Below, in pieces: positions 26,103 through 38,900 of a stretch of DNA of 64,000 bases. Where the stretch lies: NCBI RefSeq assembly GCF_032191835.1, contig NC_083237.1, positions 48,918,001-48,982,000 on the forward strand, in the 5' to 3' direction. Both the position numbers and the translations under genes were made by a program. How positions within the stretch are numbered: position 1 is the stretch's first letter; every line of letters begins with the position of its first letter. The notes below the pieces were generated by a model, which searched no databases, had not been told where the DNA came from, and saw only the letters and a program-made list of their open reading frames with translations. Source of the DNA: Heteronotia binoei (taxonomy: Eukaryota).

Positions 26103-28676
26103 TCCTAGTCCAATGCTCTAACCACCACACCAAGGGTGTGCAGACCTGCCCCAATATAAAAGATGTTCCATAGCACTTTTTGACTTATTCATTTGACTGT
26201 TGTCCCCTGGCTTTGTCTCTAAAGGGGTGTTATGTGTTACTATTGCAAAGAAGGGCAGTTGCAGCAAGGAGAGACTAAAGCTGGAGTCCAGAGGCATGTT
26301 AAAGATGGACCAGATTTATTCCAGTAAAAGCTTTTACTTCCTCAGATATGTAATGAAGAGGAGCTTGTTCAAGCCAGTGAGCTGAGCAGATCTTTGAACC
26401 CAATACCCTTCTAGGTCCAAGGCTAGTTAAATAAAACCCTGCTGATCTCTGCCCCTCTGTGTATGGTAATCTTGTCAGGAACAGTAGTATCGAGACTACT
26501 TTGTCATGCTCAGAGCTGAAGATGACATCCATACAGAGCGCTGGAGAAATAAGGGAAGAGTGCTGGAATCTCAAAGGCTGCATCGGCACTTTAGCAACTG
26601 TGAGTAGCAGATTCTCTCATCTGCCATGAGCAGGAGGCTGTTCTCAAAAGCATGGGATTCTTCAATGTGTATACATCATGCAAACTAAGTCAGTCTACTA
26701 AATGGCTTTGTATTTGCATTGTTCCAGTCTTTGCGCACAGTGCAGAATTCTACAGGATATCAAAAGTCGGAACTCTAAAATATTGAAATCTGAAATTCCC
26801 AGAATGTGATTTACCAAATGTGCCTGTGTAATGCAGCTGTGCAAATACAAATAGCCATGGCTGAAAGCCATCCTCTGGACTTGTGAGTCGACTTTGTTGC
26901 CAGTGTGGTGAAGTTGTTAACTGGAGGGGAGGGTGAGGTCATAGCGCATTGTCCGGACTTGTACATTGCTCTTTTCAAAAGTCGTTGGCTCTTACTCAAA
27001 GGAAGCTGAAAGCCCTGATTTCTTCACTGCCCCAAATACGCAGTTTGGCTCGCTGCCACTGCCCTGAACATATTTCCACCCACGTCTCTGCACCCACAAA
27101 GTCCTAATCACAGGTTTTTTCCTGTCTCCCAAATTGTTCTGTACTTCAACTCATCTCCCTGGTATCCCAGCTCAACTTAATCAATAGCTTCTCCTCTGGT
27201 TCCTCATGCAGCTATCCTTGGCATCCCCTTGTTCCTGTCCTCGCTGTCCAGGTAGCAAAATGCCAAACCAAAGTGGGACACTGGGATTCTCTTGGATGGG
27301 CAGTGGCAGAAGAGAGGGGTCATTGAATGCCGTGTTTGAACTAGTGGCTTCGGCACTTTCAAATATAGCATCGGCGGGATCCTCTCCCAGTAAGCAAGCT
27401 TGTTTTTCTTCTGGACGAAATACCTGCCAATGTCAACAGAGGCTTCTCTGTACAGAGTTTTATTTCATCCTATTTTAATTTCCCTTCTAGCTTGTTTGTT
27501 CTTCCTTAAGGATATTTTTTCCCCCTGGGTCAGGTGTTCGGGTGTGTGTATCCCTTCTGGGGGACTCCAAAGATCATTTGGCACTGAGCCAGTCGTGTGT
27601 TGATCACTGGGAGGGAGGATTTCAGACTCTATACCAGCTTTTCTGAAGAACAATCTTTTCTGAAGAACAAATTCACTGCCACAGGAGGTGGCGGCGGCTA
27701 CAAGCATAGCCAGCTTCAAGCGGGGATTGGATAAGGATATGGAGCAGAGGTCCATCAGTGGCTATTAGCCACAGCTTATTGTTGGAACTCTCTGTCTGGA
27801 GCAGTGATGCTCTGTATTCTTGGTGCTTGGGGGGGGCACAGTGGGAGGGCGTCTAGTGTCCTGGCCCCACTGGTGGATCTCCTGATGGCACTTGGGGTTT
27901 TTGACCACTGTGACACAGAGTGTTGGACTGGATGGGCCATTGGTCTGATCCAACATGGCTTCTCATGTTCTTATCTATAGCAGAAACTATATTAGGACAC
28001 CTACCTACATGCATTTTAAAGAAAAATGGCCTCTCTCCCTTCCCAAGTCCCTTCCCATCGGATCCTGCCAATGCTATATTTGAAGGTGCTGAAGCCACTA
28101 GTTCAAATACCAAAGGTAAGAAAAATCTGTGAAAAATTACCAATACAATTTCAATCACTCACAATTAATATACAATTCGTATAATTTTCAATAAATAGTA
28201 AATAGAAGTCATGTAAGCCACATACAATTTCACAATAATTTCATAAATCACGGATTTTTCTTACCTTTGGTCTTCTCTCCATGATTCTCTCTACCATTTG
28301 ACTAGTTCAAACATGGCATTATAGCTTCTTACAGCCTTTCCATATAGAAAATAAACAGGGAGATTTCTAACAGAGCCTGAACTGCTAGTTTTCTATATGC
28401 AAGTGGCAACACGTGCCCATTAGAAATGACTCCCATCTTAAAAACATTTTTTTTTTCATATCAGAACAGGATATCCTTCCTTCCAGTCACTCCTATCACT
28501 CTTGATTATTTTTTTAAATTTACATATGACCTGAAAAACCCACTAATGAGTAACTCTTCTCAATAACTCATCTTTATACTTCATCTTTTACACGGTAGTA
28601 GTTACAATCTTAAAAGAAAAAAGAAAAGAAATAATTCCCATTCCCATTGGGAATTTCCCAACTTGATCCTGTAGCT

Positions 28677-29288
28677 CAGGGGTGGGGAACCTCCATCCCA
28701 AAGGCCGTATACGGCCCTCGAGGTCACTTGGTGTGGTCCTCGAGGATTGCTGGACTGAACTGAGCCATGTGGCAGCCTCCCTGAGGCTGGCTGGCCAGTG
28801 AGAATCATGAGGCCCAGCTGCGCTGTGCAGCAGCCTCCCCAGGGCCAGGCAGGGATCACAGGGCCCAGATGTATTGTGCAGCAGCCTCCCTGGGGCCTGG
28901 CTGGCCAGCCAGAATTGATGCAGGGCCTGGAAGAGTTACTGTCACAGTTCACTTTGTACTTGATTATCTCAGATGGTGTGACCTAATATGCTAGTATTAG
29001 GGGATGTGGTCTAATATGCTACTGAGTTCCTGCTGGGTTTTTTCTACAAAAAAGCCCTGGACCTAGGCATTTGCCTAGGGCGGCAGGCCGTGTGTGTGTG
29101 TGTGCGCCAGATTAGGCTCTCCCCACATGACTTCAAATAGAAAAAGAATTATTTGCATTAATTTTGCTGGCCTGTATCATTCTCCCTCAGCGGAGCACTG
29201 TTTGTTAAGTTGATATTTTTTTATGGCCCACGAATGATGTTATAAATATCCATATGGCCCTTTGCAGAAAAAAGGTTTCCCACCCCTG
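28677..29288. mobile_element. CAGGGGTGGGGAAC-TIR hAT MITE with a probable nested MITE fragment (~28960-29060)
   Basis: TIRs caggggtggggaacct / aggtttcccacccctg; perfect 8-bp TSD ctgtagct. Confidence 0.8.
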
Positions 29289-30144
29289 CTGTAGCTGTTG
29301 TCTAGTTCTGGGCTTCTATGGCTCCATGGTAGTGTAGTGTAATGGTAAGGGTGTCAGACTAGTATTTGGGAGACCCAGATTCGAGTCTCCCGCTTGCCAT
29401 GGAAGCGCACTGGGATGATCTGGAATCACTTTTTCTCATCCAAATGCACCTCACAGGTATAAAGTGTGAGTGTAAAGACAAGGGGGATAATAGCATTAGC
29501 TGGTTTAGGTTGCTACCAGACAGAAAAGCAAGGAACAAATAAAGGGCTGCCTCTCCTCCAGTCTTGCAGGGTTGCTATAAAGATGAATGAGCTAGGGACT
29601 GTAAACCATTCTGTGAAGTGCTGTATTAGAGGAGGAGATCTTCTTGTGCTGAAAGGGCCATTTTGCAAACTTGAGTTACTCAAGCCTGCTCTAGGTTTAG
29701 CCTTACTCAGGGGTAAAACCCCTTCAGGCCATACCCCTTCAGACTTCCAGTAGGAAGCTGACATGCTTCAATGCTTCTTACAACCTTCCCATATAGAAAA
29801 TAAACAGGGAGAATGCTAACAAAGCCTTCCCCCTGAACTGCTAGCTTTCCATATGCAAGGATTTTAAAACTGAATTAACATTCATTCATGCAACCATCTC
29901 TTCACTTACAGCCTGAAGTGGGTACAGCCAGACGCAAATTTATCATGTCTGTGAGAACGCTGGCCAAGTAAAACAGAACCCCGAATAGATCTATGTATAG
30001 GAAGGAAAGATCCTAAGGAGAGAGGCAGATGTCTGGGCCTTGGTTAGGCTTGCTGAGGCAGAGGGAGAAGATTTAGCTCCTTCCTTAAGGGTGTTTCTTA
30101 ATTGCATTCCTTTTCTTACCTTTACATAACAGGATGATTTCATT

Positions 30145-30338
30145 CAGGGATTTTTTTTTTGTAGCAGGCACACCTTTGCATATTAGGCCACACTGCCCTG
30201 ATGTAGCCAATCCTCCCAAGAGCTTACAGAGCTCTTAGTACAGGGCCTACTGTTAGCTCCAGGAGGATTGGCTACCTCAGGGGTGTGTGGCCTAATACGC
30301 AAAGGAATTCCTGCTACAAAAAAAAAAAAAAAGCCTTG
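30145..30338. mobile_element. CAGGGCTTTTT-TIR palindromic hAT MITE; copies at 32276-32458, ~45146-45308 (variant ends), 55881-56050, 58088-58270
   Basis: Long self-complementary arms; TSDs atttcatt (perfect) and ctcaggtc/ctcagatc. Confidence 0.82.
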
Positions 30339-31062
30339 ATTTCATTCATTCCTAAAGTGGGAAAGTCAAGCACTGTAGCTGAGGATCCTGTCAGGCTGAT
30401 GACAGAATCCTTCCACCATGCCCTGGCACTAGCTGCTCGATCTGGCCTTCCCCAAGAAGTTTGTGCAAAATATAAAAAGGGTTTGTTTGCTATAGTTCCA
30501 AGTGTTGGGCTATTTTATTTATTTGTTCTACCTTTTCCTCTTCACAAGAGCCGCCAAGATGGCTAACAAAATATACATAACACAGTCACAGAATCTTTAT
30601 TGGCATAACTATATACATAATAAAATGACAGTTTAAAACCACTCACCCCCCCCCACCACATATCATTAAACTCAGATATAAAATGCAAAGACATAAGAAC
30701 AACAAAAACATTGTTTTTAATTTGAATAGGAGAGTTCCGAGTTCAAATTCTTGCTCAGCCATTCACCTCACTGGCTGTGACCTTGAACCGGTCATATTCA
30801 TTCTCTATCAGCCTCCCTCCCTCTCTCTCTCCCTCCCTCCTTGCTAAAAGAGTGCGATAAATATGAACTAAATACAAACTCATTTCCCTCTCCTAGGCAT
30901 ATGCCTATCAATCCATAAAGATGAGTATTATGCCAATAGATAATGAACCACTACTGTCTGCAGAAATCACAGAATGAAGGATTTGCATCCCATTGAATAA
31001 AGATATATCTGGAAGGCTTGGGGGGGGGGGTGAGGGGGAATTTGGAATTGCATAGTTAGATG

Positions 31063-31225
31063 GAGCCCTGACCTGAATGACCCAGGTTAGCCTGATCTTG
31101 GCATATCTCAACAGCTAAGCAGGGTCAGCCCTGGTTAGTATTTGGTTGGGAATTCCCTGGTCTGTTTGCAGAGAAATGGCAAGCCAACTCTTTCAGCCCG
31201 TAGCCTTGAAAAACCCTTCTCCCCA
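31063..31225 (+). mobile_element. 5S rRNA-derived SINE (5S-Sauria-like), older copy
   Basis: gcctgatcttggcatatctcaacagctaagcagggtcagccctggttagtatttggttggga aligns to the internal control region of 5S rRNA; followed by a BovB/RTE-like tail (gcagagaaatggcaagcca). Confidence 0.65.
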
Positions 31226-33455
31226 GTGCTTCCTGTGTCCAGGCTCTTCAGAGAACCACCATTTTCATCTTTGGGCTTCTCCTTATTTTGTATTTGTTTT
31301 TTAAAGTATTTACTGCTGCAGCTTCTTTCCTTCCCCCCACCCCACCCCTCAATTCTGCTTTTGTTTCGATGACTCAGAGGGGAGTGATAGAGAGCAGTCC
31401 GGGTAATGCTTGCCATGTGCTGAGGCCGAGAGCAAAAGAAGTAGCTTGTGGAAGGTCAAACGGGGACACAGGAAAATCTGACAGGCAGCCTGCTGGTGTT
31501 TTGACTGCATTCGGCCTTCTGAGTTTAAAAAAAAAGGGGGAACTGCTTCAGCTCTGATGAGAAGGCAGTTTTGAAACTTAGAGTGCAAGACGAAAGGGAC
31601 TCTAATGGAACTGGCCCAGCAGAAAAGAGCAGGAGCACCTTAAAGACTAACAAAATTGGCTCACCCAGCGTTCATCCCTCCTCCCTTTCCTTCCTTCCTT
31701 CCTCAAATTGTCAACAGCTTGATGGGAAGGAGTTTGGGCATCTGTGCCTGTGTTTACCACAATGAGGACCCAGAATGCAATTTAATTACAAAACAGAAGT
31801 GAACAATACTTCCAAATCTTGGACAAGTCTGAGACAGGGTTGCTAGCCTCCAGGGGGGGGGGGGCTGAAGATCTCCCACTATTACAGTTTTAAAATACAT
31901 TGCAGTTGATCTCCAGGTGACAGAGCAGTTGCCCCGGAGAAAATGACTGTTTTGGAGGGTGGGCTCTGTGGCATTGTACTCTGCTGTTTAGGGAGGAACC
32001 TCAGCAGGGTATAATGCTACACTTCCCATCCTCCAAAGCAGCCATTTAATCAAGGGAACTGATTTTGGTCATTGGAGATCAATTGTAGCAGGAGGAGATC
32101 TGCAGGGACCTCTTGGAGGCAACCCTACCCATTCGCTTCAGGCTCTTGGGCTATGAGCCAACAGACCTTTCACTCCTGCCCTTCGGGTCACACCTCCAGC
32201 CAGGCTTTAAAAAGCTGCAAATGGGACAGATACCCAGTTTAGATATTCTACTCATTAAAAAAGATGCTCCTCAACCAGGGCTTTTTCGGTAGGAGGAACT
32301 CCTTTGCATATTAAGCCACACACCCCTGACGTATCCAGTCCTCCCAAGAGTTTACAGGGCTCTTATTACAGGGCCCACTGTAAGCTCCTGGAGGATTGGC
32401 TACATCAGGGGTGAGTGGCCTAATACGCAAAGGAGTTCCTGCTACAAAAAACCCCTTGATCCTCACCTTCTTCCCTTGCTGGATGTTATCATTGTGCTGC
32501 AATTGTCTTTGTCCAGCATAGCCTTAATCTCATCTGAAAAGTTCCACATCCCCTACAGCTGCCAGGCAGGAAGAAGTGGATCACCTGGGTCCAAATGTCC
32601 CCTCTGCTTCTGGCTTGATGTATGACTTTGGGTTTATCTCACACACAGCCTCGGTTCCTGTATCTGTAAAATGGGGCTAATGTTTATTTACTTCCCTTAG
32701 TTGTTGGTGAGCGCATGATGAAGCTTGTGCTGTGTTGGAGTTTATTTAAAAGTGCATTCACAATGGGATACCTGAAGGATGGTTGAGGCAGAGGGTCTGT
32801 TGCTGGTCCTAAGTTTGTGGGGGGAGGGGCTTGGCTCATGGATGCAGGAGGATGAGGTTGTAGATTGAATTCCTTCTGTTTGCAGATTGGGTAGGGTCTC
32901 ATCTCCCTGCAAGTAGAGAATCTGAAGCCAAGGAGTGTGGGCAACGCTTTGCCTTGCAGTGCTAGCTTTCCAATTGTGTGGCATTCAAAGCTGGAGCCTG
33001 CCATTTGGGGTTTAGGGTTTCAATCCGTGCAATCATCTCAAACCTCTGCGCTTTCATTGCTGCCTCGTTTCCCCTGCATGTGTCCAGAACAGGTTGGATC
33101 TTTTCCATCTTCAATTAGCCACTTTGGGCAAGCTTAGAATTCTGTGACTGCTCCCAGGATCAGTGTATTTTGACCACTTTATACACATGAGACTGTGGTT
33201 CAATGGAAGACACCCACTTTGGAAGCAGAAGATCCCTAGGTTCAGTCCGCAGCATCTCCAGTTAAAAGGCTCGTGGTACCAGATGATGTGGAAAATCTCT
33301 ACCTGAGACTGCAGAGAACCTGAAACTAATTGGGAAATGTGTTCTCTTCCCCCTTTTTAATCCTCTAGCGCCTGGATAATGTTATCCTGATGCGGTTTCC
33401 TTTTGGTTGCCAAAGGAGACTGACTACACATGAACATATGAAGCAACCTTATACT

Positions 33456-33658
33456 CAGGGCTTTTTTTTGTAGGAAAAAGTCCAGCACGGGCTCATTTGC
33501 ATATTAGGCCACACCCCCTGACATCACCATTGTTTCACACACGGCTCTTTTGTTAGAAAAAGCCCAGCAGCAGCTCATTTGCATATTAGGCCACACCCCC
33601 TGGTGCCAAACCAGCCGGAACTGTGTTCCTGTGCGTTCCTGCTCAAAAAAAAGCCCTC
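33456..33658. mobile_element. Octamer-bearing CAGGGCTTTTT MITE inserted in a SINE; related copy at 44001-44229
   Basis: TSD cttatact/tttatact (44001 copy gacgtagg/gatgtagg); two internal units, each with ATTTGCAT. Confidence 0.8.
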
Positions 33659-34864
33659 TTTATACTGAATTGGAGCCTTAGTCTATATAGCAGCTCAGAT
33701 AGCAGGTCTCCAGGGTCTTAGGCAGAGGACGTCTGCATCACCTGAGCCTTTAAATGGCAGAAGCCGATGACAGCATGCAGGGACCTCCCTGGCATGCGAA
33801 GCAGATGCTCTGCGACTGCACCACGGTTCCTCCCCTGGAAGGAGAGGGATTCAGGCATATTAACGCTTGAGCATGAGCAACAATAACCACAGGCACAGAG
33901 AAAGTTGCAAAGCAAGTTGGCAGCAGTCATAGCTTCAAGACTTCAGACTAACCACTTGTGAAAGGCATGCCTTGCGCAAAGGCTGCGTTTCCCAGAAAAG
34001 AAGAAAGCAGTGTGCTGAGATGGAAAAGAATTTGATCATGCTGGGCACAGAGTTAGGTCATAAAGACGTCCGTGCAAGATGGGATGCTACTGGAAGGAGG
34101 GTGGAGTGGAGGGGGACTCCTTTGAAGAGGTTTAGCAGAAGTGGCTGTTCTGTTTGCTCATGCTTTTAATAGAATTCCATTATGCTTAGATGACTAGAGG
34201 TCTACAAAATTGCACATGCGGAGAAGAGAGTTGACAAAGAGAAATTTTTCTCTCTCTCCCAAAACGCTAGGACTTGAGGGCATCCCGTGAAGCGATGGGC
34301 AGTAGATTCAGGACAGGCAAAAGGAAATACTGCTTTATACAGAGTATGATTAAAATGTTGACTTGTCTGCCAGAGGATGTAGTGATGGCCATAAGAATAA
34401 ACAGCGTTAAAAGGGGATTTGGTAGATTCTAGGAGAGGGGCTGTGGCTCACGGGCAGAGCATCTGCTTGGCATGCAGAAGGTCCCAGGTTCAATCCCCAG
34501 CATCTCCATTCAAAAGGATCAGGTAGGAGGTGATGTGAAAGACCTAGGAAAGCCACGGCCATCCGAGTAGACAGTACTGACTTCGATGGAGCAAGGGTTC
34601 GATTCTGTATAAGGCAGCTTCATGTGTCTTCACGGAGGATAGGTCTCTCAGTGGCTACTAGCCGTGGTGACCGAGGGGAACTAAACCTCTGAATTCTAGA
34701 GTGAGGAGGCAACCTCAGGGGGAGCTATGCCCTTGAGCCAGTTTGGTGTAGTGGTTAAGTGTGCGGACTCTTATCTGGGAGAACCGGGTTTGATTCCCCA
34801 CTCCTCCACTTGCACCTGCTGGAATGGCCTTGGGTTAGCCATAGCTCTCGTTGGAGTTGTCCTT

Positions 34865-35914
34865 TTTTTTTTTTTAAATGTAATCATTTTATTGTTAAAA
34901 CGCTGAAACACACCACTCAAATAAAAACAAAACACACATATATACAATATACACTGAAGCATAAGGATCAAACTAAATTACATACATCATATTCCATCCT
35001 TATCTGTTTCAAGGACTCGCATTTACAAATCAAGTTAATATTCCAACTCTTTCATCTTTCATATCCTAATATTTAACTCAATATCTGTTACCTAAATCAA
35101 CTTATAACCTTCATCCACTCATATAATGGCTTCCAAGTTTCTTTACATTCTTGTGTATCGCCCTCCTTCAACTTAACTGTTAAAAAATCCATTTCAGCAG
35201 TCTCATATAATTTTTGAAGGAATTCCTCCCTTTTTGGAATCTGCTGGGATTTCCAATATCTAGCATATACCAATCTTGCTGCAGTTACAGCGTGTAATAG
35301 AAATCTGTTGATTAATTTAGGTAAGGAGTTCGGACACATGTTCAGCAAATACAATTCAGGTGAAAACGGAATATTCATTTTTAACATTTTTTGAATCCAA
35401 CTGTTAACCTGTCCCCAGTATTTCCTAGGCTTCTCACATTGCCACCAAATGTGGTAAAAAGTACCCTTTACCTTTTTACGCTGCCAGCACTTATTGGTGG
35501 TGTTCGGAAACATTTTGAACAACTTCTCTGGTGTAATATACTATCGGTATGCCATTTTATAAAGATTTTCCTTAAATATGGATGATCTTGTTATTTTTAT
35601 ATTTTCTCTCCATAATTTCTCCCATTCTAGCAGCTCTATATTATGCCCAACATCTTGCATCCATTTTATCATATTTTCTTTGTTTCATCCTGCATTTTAA
35701 TATTTAACAAAAAATATAACTTTTTGTAATCAATTTCTCATTAGTTCCTAAAATTATAGTGTCAAATTCATTCATTTTTTTACCAAATCCAAATTCTTTA
35801 TCACTTTTATATCTGGATGTAACTTGCATTTTTGTCCACAAATCTAATTGCACATTTTCCTGTATCTTCAAGTTACCTCTATTATCTAATAAAGATTCAT
35901 AAGTATATGTTTCG
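34865..35914 (-). mobile_element. 5'-truncated L1-clade LINE (ORF2 C-terminus, 3' UTR, polyA) inserted in a SINE
   Basis: ORF 35097-35522 has CW..KKVKGTFYHIWWQC (cysteine-rich zf-RVT-type region); poly-T at 34863-34875; 7-bp TSD tgtcctt at 34858-34864 and 35915-35921; the SINE halves rejoin seamlessly. Confidence 0.88.
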
Positions 35915-38900
35915 TGTCCTTGAAAAGGCAGCTTCTGTGAAAGCTCTTGCAGCCCCACCCACCTCACAAGGTGTCTGTTGTGGGGGAGGAAGATAAAGGA
36001 GATTGTAAGCTGTTCTGAATTTCTGATTCAGAGAGAAGCGTGGAATATAAATCTGCAATTCTTCTTCTTTTATTGGCCCTCCAGAGGAACTGGTTGGCCA
36101 CTGTGTGAGACTGGATGCTGGACTAGATGGACAACTGGTCTGATCCAGCAAGGATCTTATGTTCTTAATTTTTTTACTGTTGTCATTCACTGGCTTATTG
36201 TGTTTGTTTTTGCTGTCCAGTGGTATTAGTCTATTACTGTAACAAAAATACACTGGAGTTCAACAGCACACTTACCAATTAATGGTCATTGCTGGCTGAA
36301 ACAATCCAACACCCAATCTGCAATACTGAACTCTGATTTTTTCAAAATTCAGTGCCCTTCAGCTCTTCCACAAAATGCACATGATTTGTGATTCAGCCTT
36401 TTAGATGTTGCGAAATTGAAAGGAGGAAATAACGCCAAATGTACATCCTGGTTGCATTTAAACCAAATTGAGGCTTGCTATCGGGCCAAGTATCTAACCC
36501 TTTCCAGGAAGTGGAATAACTCGAGGTACCAGCCTGCACGTGCCTGATTGGCATGAGCTGCTAATTGGTGTGTTCTCAAAGCCCGTGGCAGCAGGAAAAC
36601 ATAAGTTACCTTGCATGCATTTAATTGCTGAGGTAGGCGGCCCCACACCCTGACCAGCCGCATTAGGACTGAAGCGTTGGCAGCATGCCAAAGATGTGAT
36701 GGTATTCCTGGCTTAATTGCTGTACTCCTGTCCGTGGTCCATTGAGGTCAGAACTCTGGCTCCCCATCTTGCTGTCACATGACTCTGAGATCACATGCTT
36801 GTGGTTCGACGGGTCCCTCCAGGTTAAGTGGGTGCTACAGGTTAAGTAGCACTGCACTGTGGGAATAATGAGGCCCTGGTTGACATGGGATACCACCCAC
36901 CTCACCTCGGAAGGGGGATAGAGAGGTAGGGTTGCCAGTTCCAGGGTGGGAAATTCTTGGAAATGCAGGGTGGAGCCTGGGGGGGACAGGGACCTCAGTG
37001 AGGTACAATGCCATAGAGTCCACCCCCAAAAGCAGCCATTTTCTCCAGGGAAACTGGTCTCATAGGGTTATCAATCTCCAATTGGGGACAGGAGATTCCT
37101 TGATTCGGAGGCCCTCCTCTTGCTTCAAGGTTATCAGATAGTGGGGGTTGAACATCTGCTGGGCGCTCCATTATATACCTTATTAAGACTGGTCTCCATA
37201 AGGTATAATGGAGAATCGATCAATGGGCCCCTGGGGCTCTGAGGAGGCTGGTTTTTGAGGTAGAGGCACCACATTTTCAGCATAGCATCTAGTGCCTCTC
37301 CTCAACACCCACCCACCCCCCAAGTTTCAAAAAGTTTGGGCCAGGGGGTCCAATTCTATGAACCCCCCAAAAAAGGTGCAGCCTCCTCCATTATTTCCAA
37401 TAAAGGGAAGGCATTTAAAAGGAGCGCTGTCTTTTAAAGGTGATGGCCAGAACTCCCTTTGGAATTCAACCATGCTTGTCACAGCTTTGCTCCTGGATCC
37501 ACCCCCCAAAGTCCCCAGATATTTCCTGAGTCTGACCTGGCAACCCTATCTCTATAGTCTGGAGATGAGCTGTAATTCCAGAAGATCTTCAGGTCCCACC
37601 TTGGCATCCTCAGGGAGATCAGGGTTTGGGAGAAAGATCTTAAATGGTGGTGTCAACTATAGTAGGAGATGGTCCTTCAAGGATCCAGACAGCACCATTT
37701 AATTTCTTCTCTACAGATGCATGGGAGCTATTTTCTTCTATTAGGAAATGTAGACTTCTGTCCTGACTTTTTATTTAAATTTTTGTATCCTACTCTTCTC
37801 TCTGATCAGGACCCCGAATGGCATTTTCACATCATTTCTCCCCCCTACTTTTTCCTCACAACAAGCTTGTGAGGTAGGGTAGGCTTGGAGAGATTAGGCA
37901 GAGTCATTTCTGGCGTTACAGATGCAGCATGCGTGAATTGTATAGCACTGAGCCATCCCATCGAGTGCAAAAGTGCCTATTGTGCTTTTCCTCTGTAATT
38001 GACCCAGGCAGCGGGTTGCTAAAATAAGCATGGAGAAGGTTGACTTGGCCAAGTCCGTTCCATCCATCTGTGGCAGAGGTGGCTGGAGCAGGAATCCAAA
38101 CCCTCCATCTGTCTTTCCTCCTTTGCCAGTGCATACAGAGTGTGGGGATAATAAAACCCATCTTTGAATCCTGCCTTTGTTCCATAAGAAGGTAATTGAT
38201 GGATATTCTGGCTGGCTGTGGGTTAGCTAACCCTACAAATCTGGCCAGCTCAGGTTGTCCCCAAAAATAAAATTCTAGAAAAGAAGAAGAGTCAGTGCCA
38301 CGTACTGCTGTATTTAATTGGTAGAGTGTGGCACTGCTGGCTCGACATATCCCACATGCTCTCCGCCTGTCGCCTGCCAAGCTGGGGGCAGCCTAGGACA
38401 GAGAACACCCTGTGAAATGGAAAACACCCGTCCCGGCCTTAGAACTTTGCCATCTGCTGGAGTGAAGAAGCTCTCTGCTCGACCACAGCTCAGGTTTGCA
38501 GCCAGCAGTTGTTTCCCCAACTTAGAAAGGAGGGAGGGAGGGAAGGCAGATGAGAAACCAACACGCTCACAAGCGTCAGCCTCCGCTCTCTGTGCACATG
38601 AGCCTGCAGCTTCAAGGAATGCCTGGATCAGTGTTCCCCCTAAGCCAGGGATGGCCAAACTTGCTTAATTTAAGAGCCACACAGAATAAACATCAGATGT
38701 TTGAGAGCCTCAAGACACGAACATCAGAAGTTTGAGAGCCACAAGACAGGAAGGAAGGAAGGAAGGACAGAAGGAAATTAATACAAGAGAGGGAAGGAGG
38801 GAGAGGTGAAAAGAAGGCAACTTTAACTTTGAAAGCATTCTATAAACCACCAGCTGGCTTGGCTTGGAGAAATGATTTAAAGCGATCAATGCCTTCTCCA

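Noticed and set aside
31554-31590. Second hammerhead (CTGATGA...GAAAC)
   Set aside because: Helix II is very weak, the cleavage triplet would be GUG, and there is no helix I complementarity.
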